A DNA stretch of 44,643 nt from a virus. Lineage: Duplodnaviria; Caudoviricetes. Under the pieces are notes generated by a model that saw only the letters and a list, made by a program, of their open reading frames with translations, did not search any database and was not told where the DNA came from. The position numbers and the translations under genes are program-made. The DNA lies in IMG/VR virus record IMGVR_UViG_3300020045_006679, positions 1-44,643 of that record; one strand, 5' to 3'. Positions within the stretch are counted from its first letter, which is position 1. Every line of letters begins with the position of its first letter. Of this stretch, positions 23,935-34,224 are shown piece after piece.

Positions 23935-25186
23935 TCCGAAAAACGAATTTTATAATTGCGAATTTAAAATTTGGTATGGTGGTCGGGGCGGGATGAAAAG
24001 CACGATGGTCGCGCAATCTCTATTAATTTTAGGTGCGCGACAAAAGCATATTATTTTATGCACCCGTGAATTTCAAAATTCCATCCGCGATTCAGTAATT
24101 GGTTTATTAAAATCACAAGCGATTAAGTTGGGATTGTATAATACTGGTACTGGAAATGATTTTTATGAATTTCAAAAAGATATTGTTTACGGAAAAAATG
24201 GAACAGTATTTATTTTTAAAGGCTTGCATTTAAACGCCGAGCAATCCGTAAAATCTACAGAAGGTATTACGATTGCTTGGTTAGAAGAAGCGCAAACAGC
24301 TACGCAAGAATCCATTGATGTTTTAATCCCCACTATCAACCGTAACGAAGGCGCACAAATGATTGTGACGTTCAATACGGGCATGGCTACTGATCCAGTT
24401 TATACCAATTTCGTTCTTGACCCACCCCCCAATAGCTATGTGTGCAAAGTTAATTATGACGAAAACCCGTTTTTGCCTGATGCGTTTATTCAATATGCGT
24501 TACGGATGCGTGAGCGTGATTATGAGAAGTATTGTCATATTTATTTGGGTGAGCCGTGGCACACAAGCGAAGCGCAGATTTTAAAGAACAAAATTTCTGT
24601 GCGTGAATTTGAGTTGCCGACACTACCAGAAAAGCAAAATGAGGATGGCACACCGAACCCTTATTATGAATTGGCGCTTGAAGAATTAAACAAATGGTCA
24701 ACGTATTACGGGCTTGATTGGGGTTTTTCGGTGGATCCGATGGCGGCAGTGAAGGTGCATATTTACGACAATACGCTTTTTATTGAATACGAATACGGCG
24801 GCACAAACATTGAGATTAGGGACTTTAAAGAATTTTTCGCTGGGATAGATGGTTTGGCTACCTTTCCGATTCGTGCGGATAGATCGCGCCCCGAATTGGT
24901 TTCGCACGTTCAGCAGTTGGGAATAAACATTGTTGCTTCGGAGTCATGGAACGGTAGTGTTGAAGATGGTGTTGCGTTTTTGTTATCGTTTGATGAGATT
25001 GTTATTCATCCCCGATGCAAAGAGATATTGCAAGAATCGAAGTTGTACTCATACAAGGTTGATAGACACACTGGAGATGTTCTGCCTATAATTGTTGACA
25101 GGCACAACCACTATTGGGATGCGACACGCTATGCGATTGAGCCGCTTATTAAACGCGCACCCGATCCGATGATTAGGATGCTATGA
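23864..25186 (+). CDS. terL: Terminase large subunit, PBSX family
   Basis: GGRGGMKS, WLEEA, GLDWGF..DP, NHYWDATRYA. Confidence 0.93.
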   Translation: MSTKQLSKSKIQIQTTPHFYPLLDPKNEFYNCEFKIWYGGRGGMKSTMVAQSLLILGARQKHIILCTREFQNSIRDSVIGLLKSQAIKLGLYNTGTGNDFYEFQKDIVYGKNGTVFIFKGLHLNAEQSVKSTEGITIAWLEEAQTATQESIDVLIPTINRNEGAQMIVTFNTGMATDPVYTNFVLDPPPNSYVCKVNYDENPFLPDAFIQYALRMRERDYEKYCHIYLGEPWHTSEAQILKNKISVREFELPTLPEKQNEDGTPNPYYELALEELNKWSTYYGLDWGFSVDPMAAVKVHIYDNTLFIEYEYGGTNIEIRDFKEFFAGIDGLATFPIRADRSRPELVSHVQQLGINIVASESWNGSVEDGVAFLLSFDEIVIHPRCKEILQESKLYSYKVDRHTGDVLPIIVDRHNHYWDATRYAIEPLIKRAPDPMIRML

Positions 25187-25187
25187 A

Positions 25188-26624
25188 ATGTTTACAAAAG
25201 CCATAAAGCAAATTGGTAATTTATTTGGCGGTGGGCGAATTGAAAAATCAATGGAGCAGGGCGACCCGAATTTTGCATTTGCTGATATGCTCTATCAATC
25301 GGGCGAATATGATTTATATGCGCTGGAGTGCATTCGGCTTTACAAACGATGCGCCCCATTTTTTGATGCGATCAATCGTAGAGCGGAAGCGTTTGCAAGC
25401 ATTCCAATTTCGCTTTATGACGAAAAGACAAAAACTTATTCGCTTGACCATGACATTTTACGATTATTAGAAAATCCGAATCCGAGTGCAACCCAAATAT
25501 CATTCCTAAAACAGCTATCATCATTTTATGATGCGTGTGGTGAGGTGTTTGTTATTGCTACGGGTTGGGATAAGCCGCTTGAATTGTATGCGGTATCACC
25601 ATCGTCAGTAACGGTAGGCACAATGCAAAATTCGATTGTGCCGATTCCAAAAACTTATATTTACTCAAATAATTACGGCGCAGAAACATTTTATTTAGAT
25701 GATTCTGAAAATATGGGCGCATCTTATCGCTATTGGAATGAAAAGCGTTCACGGCAATTATGGGCAATTCGTGATTTTAATCCGATGTGGAGCGGCATGA
25801 ATTTTCGTGGCATGACACGCGCACAACCATTGCTTTTACAAATTCAGCAATTTATTGAAGCAGATACGAACAATTATTCAATTTTAAAGCGTGGTGGTAG
25901 ACCTTCAATGGCATGGGTATGGCAACATAATACACCGATGACCGACCCGCAATATCAACGATTAAAAGAAATGGTTAAGTTGTACGAAGGTTCGATGAAT
26001 GCGGGACGACAAGTTGCGGTTGATAATATCAAGCCCGAACAAATTGGTTTAAAAAATTCTGATATGCAATTTGCTGAAAATCGCAAAACGGTTAAAGAAG
26101 ATATTTATACTAATTACGGCGTTCCGCTTTCGTTGGTTTCATCAGCGACAATGACGATGGATAATTTAAAAGTTGGTAATAAATTATTTTGGGAGCAAGC
26201 ATTAATTCCGCATTCAAAATTTTTGTTGAGTAATTTAACTAAAATGTTAATGCCGATGTATGATGTTAAAAAAGCTGAAGATTATCATTTAGGTTATAAC
26301 CCGTTACAAATTCAGCCGTTAAAAGAAGTGATGCTTGATGAAGCAAAAATTATGATGGGATTATCTGTATTAACTGATAATGAAATTAGATCAAGCATTG
26401 GTTACGATGATGTTGATGGTGGTAATGAAATTTACAAACCATTGTATTTAGCTCCAACTTCGCAAATTTTAAATCCGCCAGAAGAAAAAAATCCGAATCA
26501 GCCGAACATGACGCAAAAGCGTGAAGCAATGCGTCTTGGATTGGAAAAGGTTTTTACTATTAATGGTGAGCGGGCTTATTCTGATGCACAAATTAGTGAA
26601 ATGCTGAAAAAACACTATGGTTAA
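25188..26624 (+). CDS. Portal protein (HK97 type)
   Basis: LLENPNP, DMQFAE.RK....I...YGVP, T.NEIR. Confidence 0.9.
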   Translation: MFTKAIKQIGNLFGGGRIEKSMEQGDPNFAFADMLYQSGEYDLYALECIRLYKRCAPFFDAINRRAEAFASIPISLYDEKTKTYSLDHDILRLLENPNPSATQISFLKQLSSFYDACGEVFVIATGWDKPLELYAVSPSSVTVGTMQNSIVPIPKTYIYSNNYGAETFYLDDSENMGASYRYWNEKRSRQLWAIRDFNPMWSGMNFRGMTRAQPLLLQIQQFIEADTNNYSILKRGGRPSMAWVWQHNTPMTDPQYQRLKEMVKLYEGSMNAGRQVAVDNIKPEQIGLKNSDMQFAENRKTVKEDIYTNYGVPLSLVSSATMTMDNLKVGNKLFWEQALIPHSKFLLSNLTKMLMPMYDVKKAEDYHLGYNPLQIQPLKEVMLDEAKIMMGLSVLTDNEIRSSIGYDDVDGGNEIYKPLYLAPTSQILNPPEEKNPNQPNMTQKREAMRLGLEKVFTINGERAYSDAQISEMLKKHYG

Positions 26625-27438
26625 TGAACAAGAGTACATTGAAGCAAAAGAGCAGTATGCAAACAAGATTTTGCATGAAATTGACTTGAGTAAAGAGCTT
26701 GATGGATTTTTTTTCAAGATTGCCAATGATACTGAAAGAAAATTTGTTGAAAGCGGTGATGTAAATGATGCTGAAAGTTACAAAGAGGAATTGCTTTTAT
26801 TGTTGTTAGCGCAATATAGAAAAGTTGCAAATGATTTTGGTAATACTGTTTTTAGAAGAAGCGATAAAATAATTAATGATAAAATTAATTTTGTTGCTTA
26901 TAACAGGAATACAACGGCAACACAACAAAAGCAAAACATTGCTGATATCAAGAAAAATGAAATTAATAAATTCATTGATTCGCAAATAAAATTATCAGCA
27001 AATGAAATTACCACAACAACGCAAAATAAAATTAGTAATTCAATTTTAACGGCGGCAGGATTGGGTTTAGATGATTTAGAGGTAACAGGAAAAATAATTC
27101 GTGAGAATTTTAACGCATCAAATGATTACAGATCAAAATTAATTGCTTTAACTGAAACGCAAAATGCGGCAGAAGGTTCAAAAGCGATTGAGGCAGAAAC
27201 ATACAATAATTATTTGAATGCGTTTGGAGCGGGAATTGTAACAAGAAAAACTTGGGTATCCTTAATGGATGGAAGGGAAAGGGTGGCGCACGGCGATGCA
27301 AATGGTCAAACACGTTTTATTGGTGAGCCGTTTGAGGTGATGGGAGAATTTTTACAAGAGCCGAGGGATTTAAGTCTTGGCGCATCGGCGGGTAATACGT
27401 GTGGTTGTCGGTGTTCAGCAATTTATACTTTTAGATAA
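26617..27438 (+). CDS. Head morphogenesis protein (Mu gpF/SPP1 gp7-like)
   Basis: IALTET, KTW....D.R.R..H, CGCRC. Confidence 0.85.
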   Translation: MVNEQEYIEAKEQYANKILHEIDLSKELDGFFFKIANDTERKFVESGDVNDAESYKEELLLLLLAQYRKVANDFGNTVFRRSDKIINDKINFVAYNRNTTATQQKQNIADIKKNEINKFIDSQIKLSANEITTTTQNKISNSILTAAGLGLDDLEVTGKIIRENFNASNDYRSKLIALTETQNAAEGSKAIEAETYNNYLNAFGAGIVTRKTWVSLMDGRERVAHGDANGQTRFIGEPFEVMGEFLQEPRDLSLGASAGNTCGCRCSAIYTFR

Positions 27439-27440
27439 AG

Positions 27441-28469
27441 GTGATTAACATGAAAATGCAACGATTCGATAAAACTTTTCAGTTTAAAGCGGCGAGTGCA
27501 ACAGAAGAAACGCGCAACGGTATTCGTATCGGAATTGTGAAGGGTTATGGTCTTACATGGGAAGTTGATCGCAGTGAAGATCAATTACTTAAAGGCTCTA
27601 CTACAAAATCGCTTGAGCGACATCGCGCTGATGGTCGCCAGATTCGTATGAAGTCACAACATAATAAATTGATTGGCGGTTTCCCGATTGAAAAGGTGCG
27701 CGAGGATGATAACGGTGTTTGGCTTGAGGGTGAAATTAATCTTGAAGTGCAAGAAGGTTGGGAGGCGTATGCGCTGGCGAAGCAGGGTGTGCTGTTAGAT
27801 ATGAGTGTTGGTTTTGGAGCGCAACGTAAAAACATATCAACAAAAACAGTTGATGGTAAAACAGTTACACAATTCAAAGAAATTGAAATTTGGGAATTTA
27901 GTTTAGTTGATGAGCCAGCAAATAAAAATGCAAAGGTGGTAATGGTAAAGTCTTTTGATTCGTTGCCGATTGCGGCGCGTGATGTTGAATTTAATTCCGA
28001 TTTTTCTAATTACTCTGATGAGCAAAAAGAAAAGGCATTTTTGGTTAATTCAAAGGAATTGCCGATAGCCAATTTGATTGATGGGATAATGACAATTATT
28101 CCAAAAGCAGTATTTAGGTCGGCGGCTACCTTACTTGGTATTTATGGTAGTCTGGCTATCTCTGACGATGAATTTGCTAAAAGTGAAAAAACTATTATGC
28201 AAATTTACAAAAAAATGAATTTAGATAGTCCGTTTGACAAAGACGGGATTGACATTACACTTATTGAAAGTTGCATATCTCAGAAAGATGTGGAACAATT
28301 ATTGAAGTTCGCTGGTATTAGTGATGACGGTCGCAAGATATTAACGAACAGAATTAAATCGTTTAGCCGTGAGGGTGTAGACGAGGGGATTGTAAAATCC
28401 TTAAAAACTAACGCCGATGAGCTTGGAAAGATAGCTCAAGGCATTTTAGATAAAACACTCTCAACTTAA
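27441..28469 (+). CDS. HK97-family prohead protease
   Basis: QH, MSVGF, EFSLVDEPAN. Confidence 0.88.
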   Translation: MINMKMQRFDKTFQFKAASATEETRNGIRIGIVKGYGLTWEVDRSEDQLLKGSTTKSLERHRADGRQIRMKSQHNKLIGGFPIEKVREDDNGVWLEGEINLEVQEGWEAYALAKQGVLLDMSVGFGAQRKNISTKTVDGKTVTQFKEIEIWEFSLVDEPANKNAKVVMVKSFDSLPIAARDVEFNSDFSNYSDEQKEKAFLVNSKELPIANLIDGIMTIIPKAVFRSAATLLGIYGSLAISDDEFAKSEKTIMQIYKKMNLDSPFDKDGIDITLIESCISQKDVEQLLKFAGISDDGRKILTNRIKSFSREGVDEGIVKSLKTNADELGKIAQGILDKTLST

Positions 28470-28471
28470 AG

Positions 28472-29815
28472 GTGAACGATATGCCAGATGTAACAGCAGA
28501 AGATTTCAAAAAGTACAACGATCAAGTGGTCGTTGCTGTCAAGGCGCTTGAGGCGCTTCAAACAAAGCATTCCGAAGTAGATGGCAAAATTATCGGCTTA
28601 GATGAAGCGGTAGTTAAAGCCCAAGCTGGTTTAACGGATGCTATGAGTTCCATGCAAAAGATGGAAGAAAAATATAAGGCTCAATTAGATGAGCAAAAAG
28701 CAAGCATTGAGCATTTCAAAAAGCAATTGGCGCGTGGTGCTGATGGTTTAGCCGAACAAGCTGATTTCGCTGATGCAAAAGCCTATCACAATCAAATGAA
28801 TCGCTTTCTGAAACGTCAGATTCCGATTGATGCTGAATTGGTTGAAAAAATGGCTCAAGCATTGACCGAAAAAACCATTGTGTGTGATGAGCCAGAGAAA
28901 TTCCAATCATACAAAAAAGATATGGTTGAGGGTTCTAACCCTACGGGTGGATATTGGGTATTGCCAGAGCGCAGTTCCAAAGTAATTACCCGCGAGTTTG
29001 AAACATCCCCTTGGCGTTTGGTTGCCAGTGTTATTTCAACATCGTCAAATCAGGTTGATATGATTATTGACGACAATGAAGCTGATGCAACTGAAACGAA
29101 TGAGGTTGCTACGCAAGCGAAAACCGCAACGGCGCAAATCGGCATTTTATCCATTCCAGTGAATGAGATTTATGTTGCTCAATACGCTACCCAATGGATG
29201 CTTGAAGATGCTGGATTTGATTTAGCCGCTTGGTTAAACAATAAAGGCGTTAGTCGCATTCAGCGTAAGCAAAACACTGCTTTCACAAGCGGTAATAGTG
29301 CTGGTGCGGCAACAGGTTATTTGACGTTACCCGATAATGCCGTAAACACAACGCAGACGTATGTTCGTGGTCAGATTTACACGCGCACAACGGCGGGTTC
29401 GTTAGCGATTGCGGCTGATGATTTAAAACTCATGCAAAATGATTTGAAAGAAGTGTATCAATCAAATGCGGTGTGGATGATGAAACGCGCTACGTTTGGT
29501 CGGATCAGCATTTTGAAAGATTCTGCTGGTCAATACATTTTCAACAATTTCTATTTGCAAGATAAACCGCAAATGAATTTGTTAGGTCGCCGCATCATCT
29601 TTGCTGATGATTTAGGTGGAGCAACAACGGCGGGCGCATATCCGATTATCTACGGTGATTTTGGTGTTGGTTATACCATTGTTGACCGTTTAGGCAATCG
29701 TTTCTTACGCGATCCGTTTAGCGCTCATCCGTTTACGATTTTCCGTATCGGTGCGCGTTATGGTGGCGCTCCTACTTCTTACGATGCTACAGTTCGTTTG
29801 AAAGTCAAAGCATAG
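28472..29815 (+). CDS. Major capsid protein, HK97 family
   Basis: Coiled-coil delta domain, GGYWV.PE, LLGRRI, YGDF..GY.IVDR. Confidence 0.92.
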   Translation: MNDMPDVTAEDFKKYNDQVVVAVKALEALQTKHSEVDGKIIGLDEAVVKAQAGLTDAMSSMQKMEEKYKAQLDEQKASIEHFKKQLARGADGLAEQADFADAKAYHNQMNRFLKRQIPIDAELVEKMAQALTEKTIVCDEPEKFQSYKKDMVEGSNPTGGYWVLPERSSKVITREFETSPWRLVASVISTSSNQVDMIIDDNEADATETNEVATQAKTATAQIGILSIPVNEIYVAQYATQWMLEDAGFDLAAWLNNKGVSRIQRKQNTAFTSGNSAGAATGYLTLPDNAVNTTQTYVRGQIYTRTTAGSLAIAADDLKLMQNDLKEVYQSNAVWMMKRATFGRISILKDSAGQYIFNNFYLQDKPQMNLLGRRIIFADDLGGATTAGAYPIIYGDFGVGYTIVDRLGNRFLRDPFSAHPFTIFRIGARYGGAPTSYDATVRLKVKA

Positions 29816-29828
29816 GGATATGCAGGTT

Positions 29829-29856
29829 GGGGGAGTAGCAATACTCCCCATTTTTT
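29829..29856 (+). terminator. Rho-independent terminator
   Basis: GGGGAGTA-GCAA-TACTCCCC followed by T6. Confidence 0.85.
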
Positions 29857-29883
29857 AATTGATTAAACAGAGGTGATAAAAAC

Positions 29884-30285
29884 ATGAGCAATCGTGATCT
29901 AACAAGTGATTTAACAAGCAAGCTGGCATTGCTGGCAACCATTAGCACGAACACGACAACGAACGGTAGCGCGATTGATACCGCTCAATTTGTGCAAGGT
30001 GTTAATTTTGTAGTGGCGTGTACAGCATTTAGCGCTGGTTCGTTTGCTATCAATATTCAAGAAAGCGATACCACTACGAGCGGTGATTTTACCGATGTGG
30101 CGGCGGCGCAACTTATTGACAGTGAGCCTACAATTACGGCGGTTAATGCGGCTGGCGATACGCTTGAGAAAGTTGGTGTATTTGGTACGAAGCGTTATGT
30201 TCGCGCACAAATTGTTTCTACGGGGGCAAGCGGTTCAAATACGTTTGCGATTGTAGCGCAACAAGTCGCTGATATTCGCCCATAA
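29884..30285 (+). CDS. Putative capsid decoration protein
   Basis: Beta-rich, IQESD..KRYVR motif, directly after the capsid gene. Confidence 0.6.
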   Translation: MSNRDLTSDLTSKLALLATISTNTTTNGSAIDTAQFVQGVNFVVACTAFSAGSFAINIQESDTTTSGDFTDVAAAQLIDSEPTITAVNAAGDTLEKVGVFGTKRYVRAQIVSTGASGSNTFAIVAQQVADIRP

Positions 30286-30287
30286 TA

Positions 30288-30314
30288 ATAGGGGCGCAAG
30301 CCCCTATCTTTTTT
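30288..30314 (+). terminator. Rho-independent terminator
   Basis: ATAGGGGC-GCAA-GCCCCTAT followed by T6. Confidence 0.85.
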
Positions 30315-30326
30315 GAGGTTAACGCA

Positions 30327-30554
30327 ATGTACAAAGCATTAAAAACTGCTTCGTGGCAGACAAGAGATTTTAAAGTTATTTATTTGGTTGAAGGCGAATC
30401 GGTTGATGTAAATGCTGACGATGCCGCTCCAATGATTGATGCTGGTTATATTGAAGTTGTATCGGCAGAAGTCGCGCATGATACAAAATTAAATCCAGTA
30501 ACAAATACAACCGAGCAAAAAAAGCCAGCCAGAAGAACATCTAAGAAGGATTAA
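30327..30554 (+). CDS. Small head-module hypothetical protein
   Basis: GAGG SD, basic tail. Confidence 0.65.
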   Translation: MYKALKTASWQTRDFKVIYLVEGESVDVNADDAAPMIDAGYIEVVSAEVAHDTKLNPVTNTTEQKKPARRTSKKD

Positions 30555-30556
30555 AA

Positions 30557-31285
30557 ATGTATGCTACTGGTTCTCAGCCTTATGAAATTACCGAGCCGCC
30601 CGAAGATTATCCAATAACGGTAGCGCAGTTTAAAGAATGGGCAAAAATTCCATCGTCAATTACCCAACAGGATACAACCATTGAGTTGATCATTGCTGGT
30701 GTAACAAAGTCTGCTGAACAATACACCAAGCGTGATTTTATCACCCGCTCATACAAAACCTATCGTGATCGTTTTGGTGATAGTGGCGAATCGCCAGATT
30801 TATTTAATCAGCCGTTTAATAATTATCTTTATACGCAAAGAAATAATCGCCCGATTACTATTCGGCGCTCGCCTTTGCAATCTGTAGAATCAATCAAATA
30901 CTATATTGATGGTGTATTAACTACACTCGATGATACATTGTATCGAATAATTCCTAAGCCAGATTTTTCGCGCATCATTCCGCTTGATCCAACAATTAAT
31001 GCTATGGCAAATGGTTCTTGGGTTGAGAGCGATAATATTGAGCAAGCAATTGAAATTGAGTTTACAACAGGTATGGGTGATGACGCAGAAGAAATGTTGG
31101 AGCGTGAGCCTAATTTAGTTGAAGCGTTATTGATGCACGTTAATTTTGTTTATCGCAATCGTGGTGATTGTGCGCCAAAAATGACTGCTGGTGGTGCGGG
31201 CGGTTCAAGTTGTTCATGCTCTATTGCCCCATCTGAAGTGCTGATGATTTACAATATGTATCGAATTGAAGATATGGTGCTTTAA
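30557..31285 (+). CDS. Head-tail connector (gp6-like)
   Basis: PITVAQFK, AEQYT.R.FI, Y.NR. Confidence 0.8.
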   Translation: MYATGSQPYEITEPPEDYPITVAQFKEWAKIPSSITQQDTTIELIIAGVTKSAEQYTKRDFITRSYKTYRDRFGDSGESPDLFNQPFNNYLYTQRNNRPITIRRSPLQSVESIKYYIDGVLTTLDDTLYRIIPKPDFSRIIPLDPTINAMANGSWVESDNIEQAIEIEFTTGMGDDAEEMLEREPNLVEALLMHVNFVYRNRGDCAPKMTAGGAGGSSCSCSIAPSEVLMIYNMYRIEDMVL

Positions 31286-31668
31286 TGCAATGCGAAAAAG
31301 TTTTAAGCAGAAAGAGGCAGGTTTGTGCAGGTGATTTAGATAAATTAATTTCACTACAGCGCCGCGATATTGTTGCGGTTGAAGATGGTGTGAATTACAC
31401 CATGAGTTTTGAGTTAATTGAAGATTTGTGGGCAAGTTGTGAAACGCGAAAAGGTATAACTGTTTTTGATTCAACAAATACAGAAATTATTATTGATGCA
31501 ACTTTTTACATTCCGTTTATTGAAAATGTTACGGCTGAAAGTTGGATTTTATTTGAAGGAATTAGATACGATATTATGCGTGTTGAAGATTTAGAATTGC
31601 GGCATGAGTGGTTAGCATTGTATTGTATAAGTCGCGGCACTGATGAAAGTTCGGTGAATGCACAATGA
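31285..31668 (+). CDS. Head closure / head-tail joining protein
   Basis: AGDLDKLISLQ, WA, YDI.RV. Confidence 0.8.
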   Translation: MQCEKVLSRKRQVCAGDLDKLISLQRRDIVAVEDGVNYTMSFELIEDLWASCETRKGITVFDSTNTEIIIDATFYIPFIENVTAESWILFEGIRYDIMRVEDLELRHEWLALYCISRGTDESSVNAQ

Positions 31669-32117
31669 TTACATTTCACTATGCTGAAGCTGTAGCGCCG
31701 CAATTAGTGGTGCTTAAGAAGTTAGAAAAGAATATGAAGGCTTCTTATCGCAATGGATGGGCGCGGGTTGGTAGAGCATTAAATAGTGATTTTGTTGGTC
31801 AGGTAATGTTCAAGCCTAAAAGCGGGAAGGTATACAGGATTAAAGGCGGAACCCATACAGCATCGGCATGGAATGAAACGCCCGCGAATTTAACTGGTCA
31901 TTATCGTGATTCTATTCGCTTTACGGTACGCGGTTGGATGGGTATGACTTGGGGTAACGATGCGTTTTATGCGGATTGGTTAGAAAAAGGAAGCGCTGAA
32001 TTTAATGTTAGCTTTACTGGGCGTAAAGGTTTATGGCGCACAGTTAAAAGAGTTCAGCCGAATTTTACAAGTATTTTTGATAATCAGTTAGCGGTTGATT
32101 TGGGTGGGTGGTATTAG
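31665..32117 (+). CDS. HK97 gp10-like tail completion protein
   Basis: HTASA..E.PA.LTG....SI, YA.WLEKG. Confidence 0.75.
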   Translation: MITFHYAEAVAPQLVVLKKLEKNMKASYRNGWARVGRALNSDFVGQVMFKPKSGKVYRIKGGTHTASAWNETPANLTGHYRDSIRFTVRGWMGMTWGNDAFYADWLEKGSAEFNVSFTGRKGLWRTVKRVQPNFTSIFDNQLAVDLGGWY

Positions 32118-33259
32118 CAATGAAGTGTTCCGATGTAATTAGGCAGTTGATTAAGTGCTTGCCGCTTTATACGGATGCTTTTTCTACAAAATTAAACATT
32201 GCAAGTATCACGCGCTTAACAGAAACAACGGCGCAAGTGGTAACAGAGGCGGCGCACGGTTTAACAAATAGTGACGTTGTTTTAACTGAAAAAATACCGT
32301 GCAGTATTATTATTACCGATATTGATGTTGCTGATGGGTTTATAACATTTGAAACGAATATTGACCATGATTTAACTTTACATGAGAGCGAGGAAGCTCA
32401 ATATGTTAAAATTAAAAACGGTAGTGATTTGCAAACGTATTTATTATCAGATGTTCCGAATAGGAATAGTTTTGTTGTTGTTGATGATGGTCAGCCCGAA
32501 ATTATAGGGCAGGCGTATTTAGAAAATTATTATCTGTATGGATATAATACTTTGTCGCCAGTTACGGTAATAAATTCAACAACATTCAATTACAATTTAG
32601 ATTTTAATGTTGGTAGTGATGCTAACCCGAATTACTTAACGCTATCAAAAGTAAATAAAGGCTTTAGAATTAGTGGTGCAGTTGATTTGCAAACTATTTT
32701 GGATAGTTATACAAAGCAATCAACAATAAATGTTTTATGGGCTTTTGTTGTATTAGAAGATTTTGAAGCGAATAAGGAAAGAAACAGCACTACGGATGCA
32801 CAATCGTTTAATACAAAGCAAGGTGATTTTTACCAACAGATTATTCAGCGATTTTGTGTTTATATTTTTGTGCCGAATAAGGGAACGCTTTTAACTGATA
32901 CAAACGGTATGGCGGCGCGTGATGTAGTTGAAGATATTAGGTTGCCGTTATTCAAGTCTTTGTTGGGTGTGAGTTTTGATTCTGATTTAACAACGGAATC
33001 GAAAACTGTTTGTGGTTATGTTGGTGATGGTTACAAGGCGTACAACGGTGCGTATTATGTTCACGAATTTAGATTTGAGCAGTTGATTGATATTGTAAAT
33101 AGTGATGTGAATAGGGATTCAGTTGATAGAGCGTTTAGAGATATTAATTTGACTTTTGAAAATCCAGATACACTAACGCAATATTTTGCTAGTATTGATT
33201 TGGATGATGAGCCGCTTGGAATAGTGGGTAATTTTGGTAATGGGTTTGGAATATTTTAG
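32108..33259 (+). CDS. Tail terminator-like protein with inserted beta domains
   Basis: Synteny; C-terminal YVHEFRFEQ..AFRDI; N-terminal insertions. Confidence 0.55.
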   Translation: MVLAMKCSDVIRQLIKCLPLYTDAFSTKLNIASITRLTETTAQVVTEAAHGLTNSDVVLTEKIPCSIIITDIDVADGFITFETNIDHDLTLHESEEAQYVKIKNGSDLQTYLLSDVPNRNSFVVVDDGQPEIIGQAYLENYYLYGYNTLSPVTVINSTTFNYNLDFNVGSDANPNYLTLSKVNKGFRISGAVDLQTILDSYTKQSTINVLWAFVVLEDFEANKERNSTTDAQSFNTKQGDFYQQIIQRFCVYIFVPNKGTLLTDTNGMAARDVVEDIRLPLFKSLLGVSFDSDLTTESKTVCGYVGDGYKAYNGAYYVHEFRFEQLIDIVNSDVNRDSVDRAFRDINLTFENPDTLTQYFASIDLDDEPLGIVGNFGNGFGIF

Positions 33260-33267
33260 GTGATGAG

Positions 33268-34224
33268 ATGAGTGATGACGCGCAATACGGCACTAAGTTA
33301 TTACAAATAATTAATGATAATTATCGTAAGATTTATGTTGATGATTTGAGATCGGTGTTACGCGCTTTTGATCAGTTTGCGGCAACGATTACTGTTTTAG
33401 ATACCGATATTGATGACCCCGCTGATATTGTAAGTCCGTCAAATGGTGATGCGTATTATTCTGGCGCTGATGCGGTTGCGCCTTTTGAGGCGTTTAGCAT
33501 TAACGTATGGCGTACTGGAATGAAAGAAGGAACGACAAATACGCCTTTAGCGGCACAATGGGAATCTTATCCTGTGCGTGAGGGTTGGGTAATTTATTCC
33601 GTAGTAGCTGGAGTGCATTATAAAATTTTAGATGATTTAACTTTAGGTGAATTTCCTAATCCGTTTAATCAATCATTAAATACCACTAATAACGTTACGT
33701 TTAATTCAATAACATTAGCTACGCCTTATCAGCCAGAAGTTGATGATGATACGATAAAAATAAACGCGAATGGTCAATTATATGCCGCATTATTTTTAAA
33801 TGCCGATGGCGCGCTTACAAGCGTTGGCGATGAAGAAGGATTTTATTTTATAAGCGGCGTATGGGTTTACTACAATGCGGGTTATAAAAGATTTGGTAGC
33901 GATACAGCATTAACATGGACAAACAAAAGTAAAAACGTGCCTATAGTTTCTGGTACATTTGAGGCGGGTAATACTATATCAGCAACAACGGGCGATTGGG
34001 GAAGTCCAACGCCGACAGGGTTTCATTATCAATGGGGTTATTGGGATTCGCCCACGTTTACACCAATTGAGGGTGCAAACTCTAGCACTTATGATTTAAC
34101 AGAAGATGATGTTGGTAATTCCATTATGGTCAAGGTTTACTGTAATGATAATAATTCGGCTAATTTTTGGATAACGGATGATGCAAATTATGTTCATTCG
34201 TCTGCCGCTCATGCGGTGACTTAA
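33268..34224 (+). CDS. Virion accessory protein, DUF2793-like N-terminus + Ig-like C-terminus
   Basis: P.NGDAY..W...PV.EGW; PIVSG...G.TI...TGDW..YQW..IEGANSSTY.LT..DVG. Confidence 0.6.
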   Translation: MSDDAQYGTKLLQIINDNYRKIYVDDLRSVLRAFDQFAATITVLDTDIDDPADIVSPSNGDAYYSGADAVAPFEAFSINVWRTGMKEGTTNTPLAAQWESYPVREGWVIYSVVAGVHYKILDDLTLGEFPNPFNQSLNTTNNVTFNSITLATPYQPEVDDDTIKINANGQLYAALFLNADGALTSVGDEEGFYFISGVWVYYNAGYKRFGSDTALTWTNKSKNVPIVSGTFEAGNTISATTGDWGSPTPTGFHYQWGYWDSPTFTPIEGANSSTYDLTEDDVGNSIMVKVYCNDNNSANFWITDDANYVHSSAAHAVT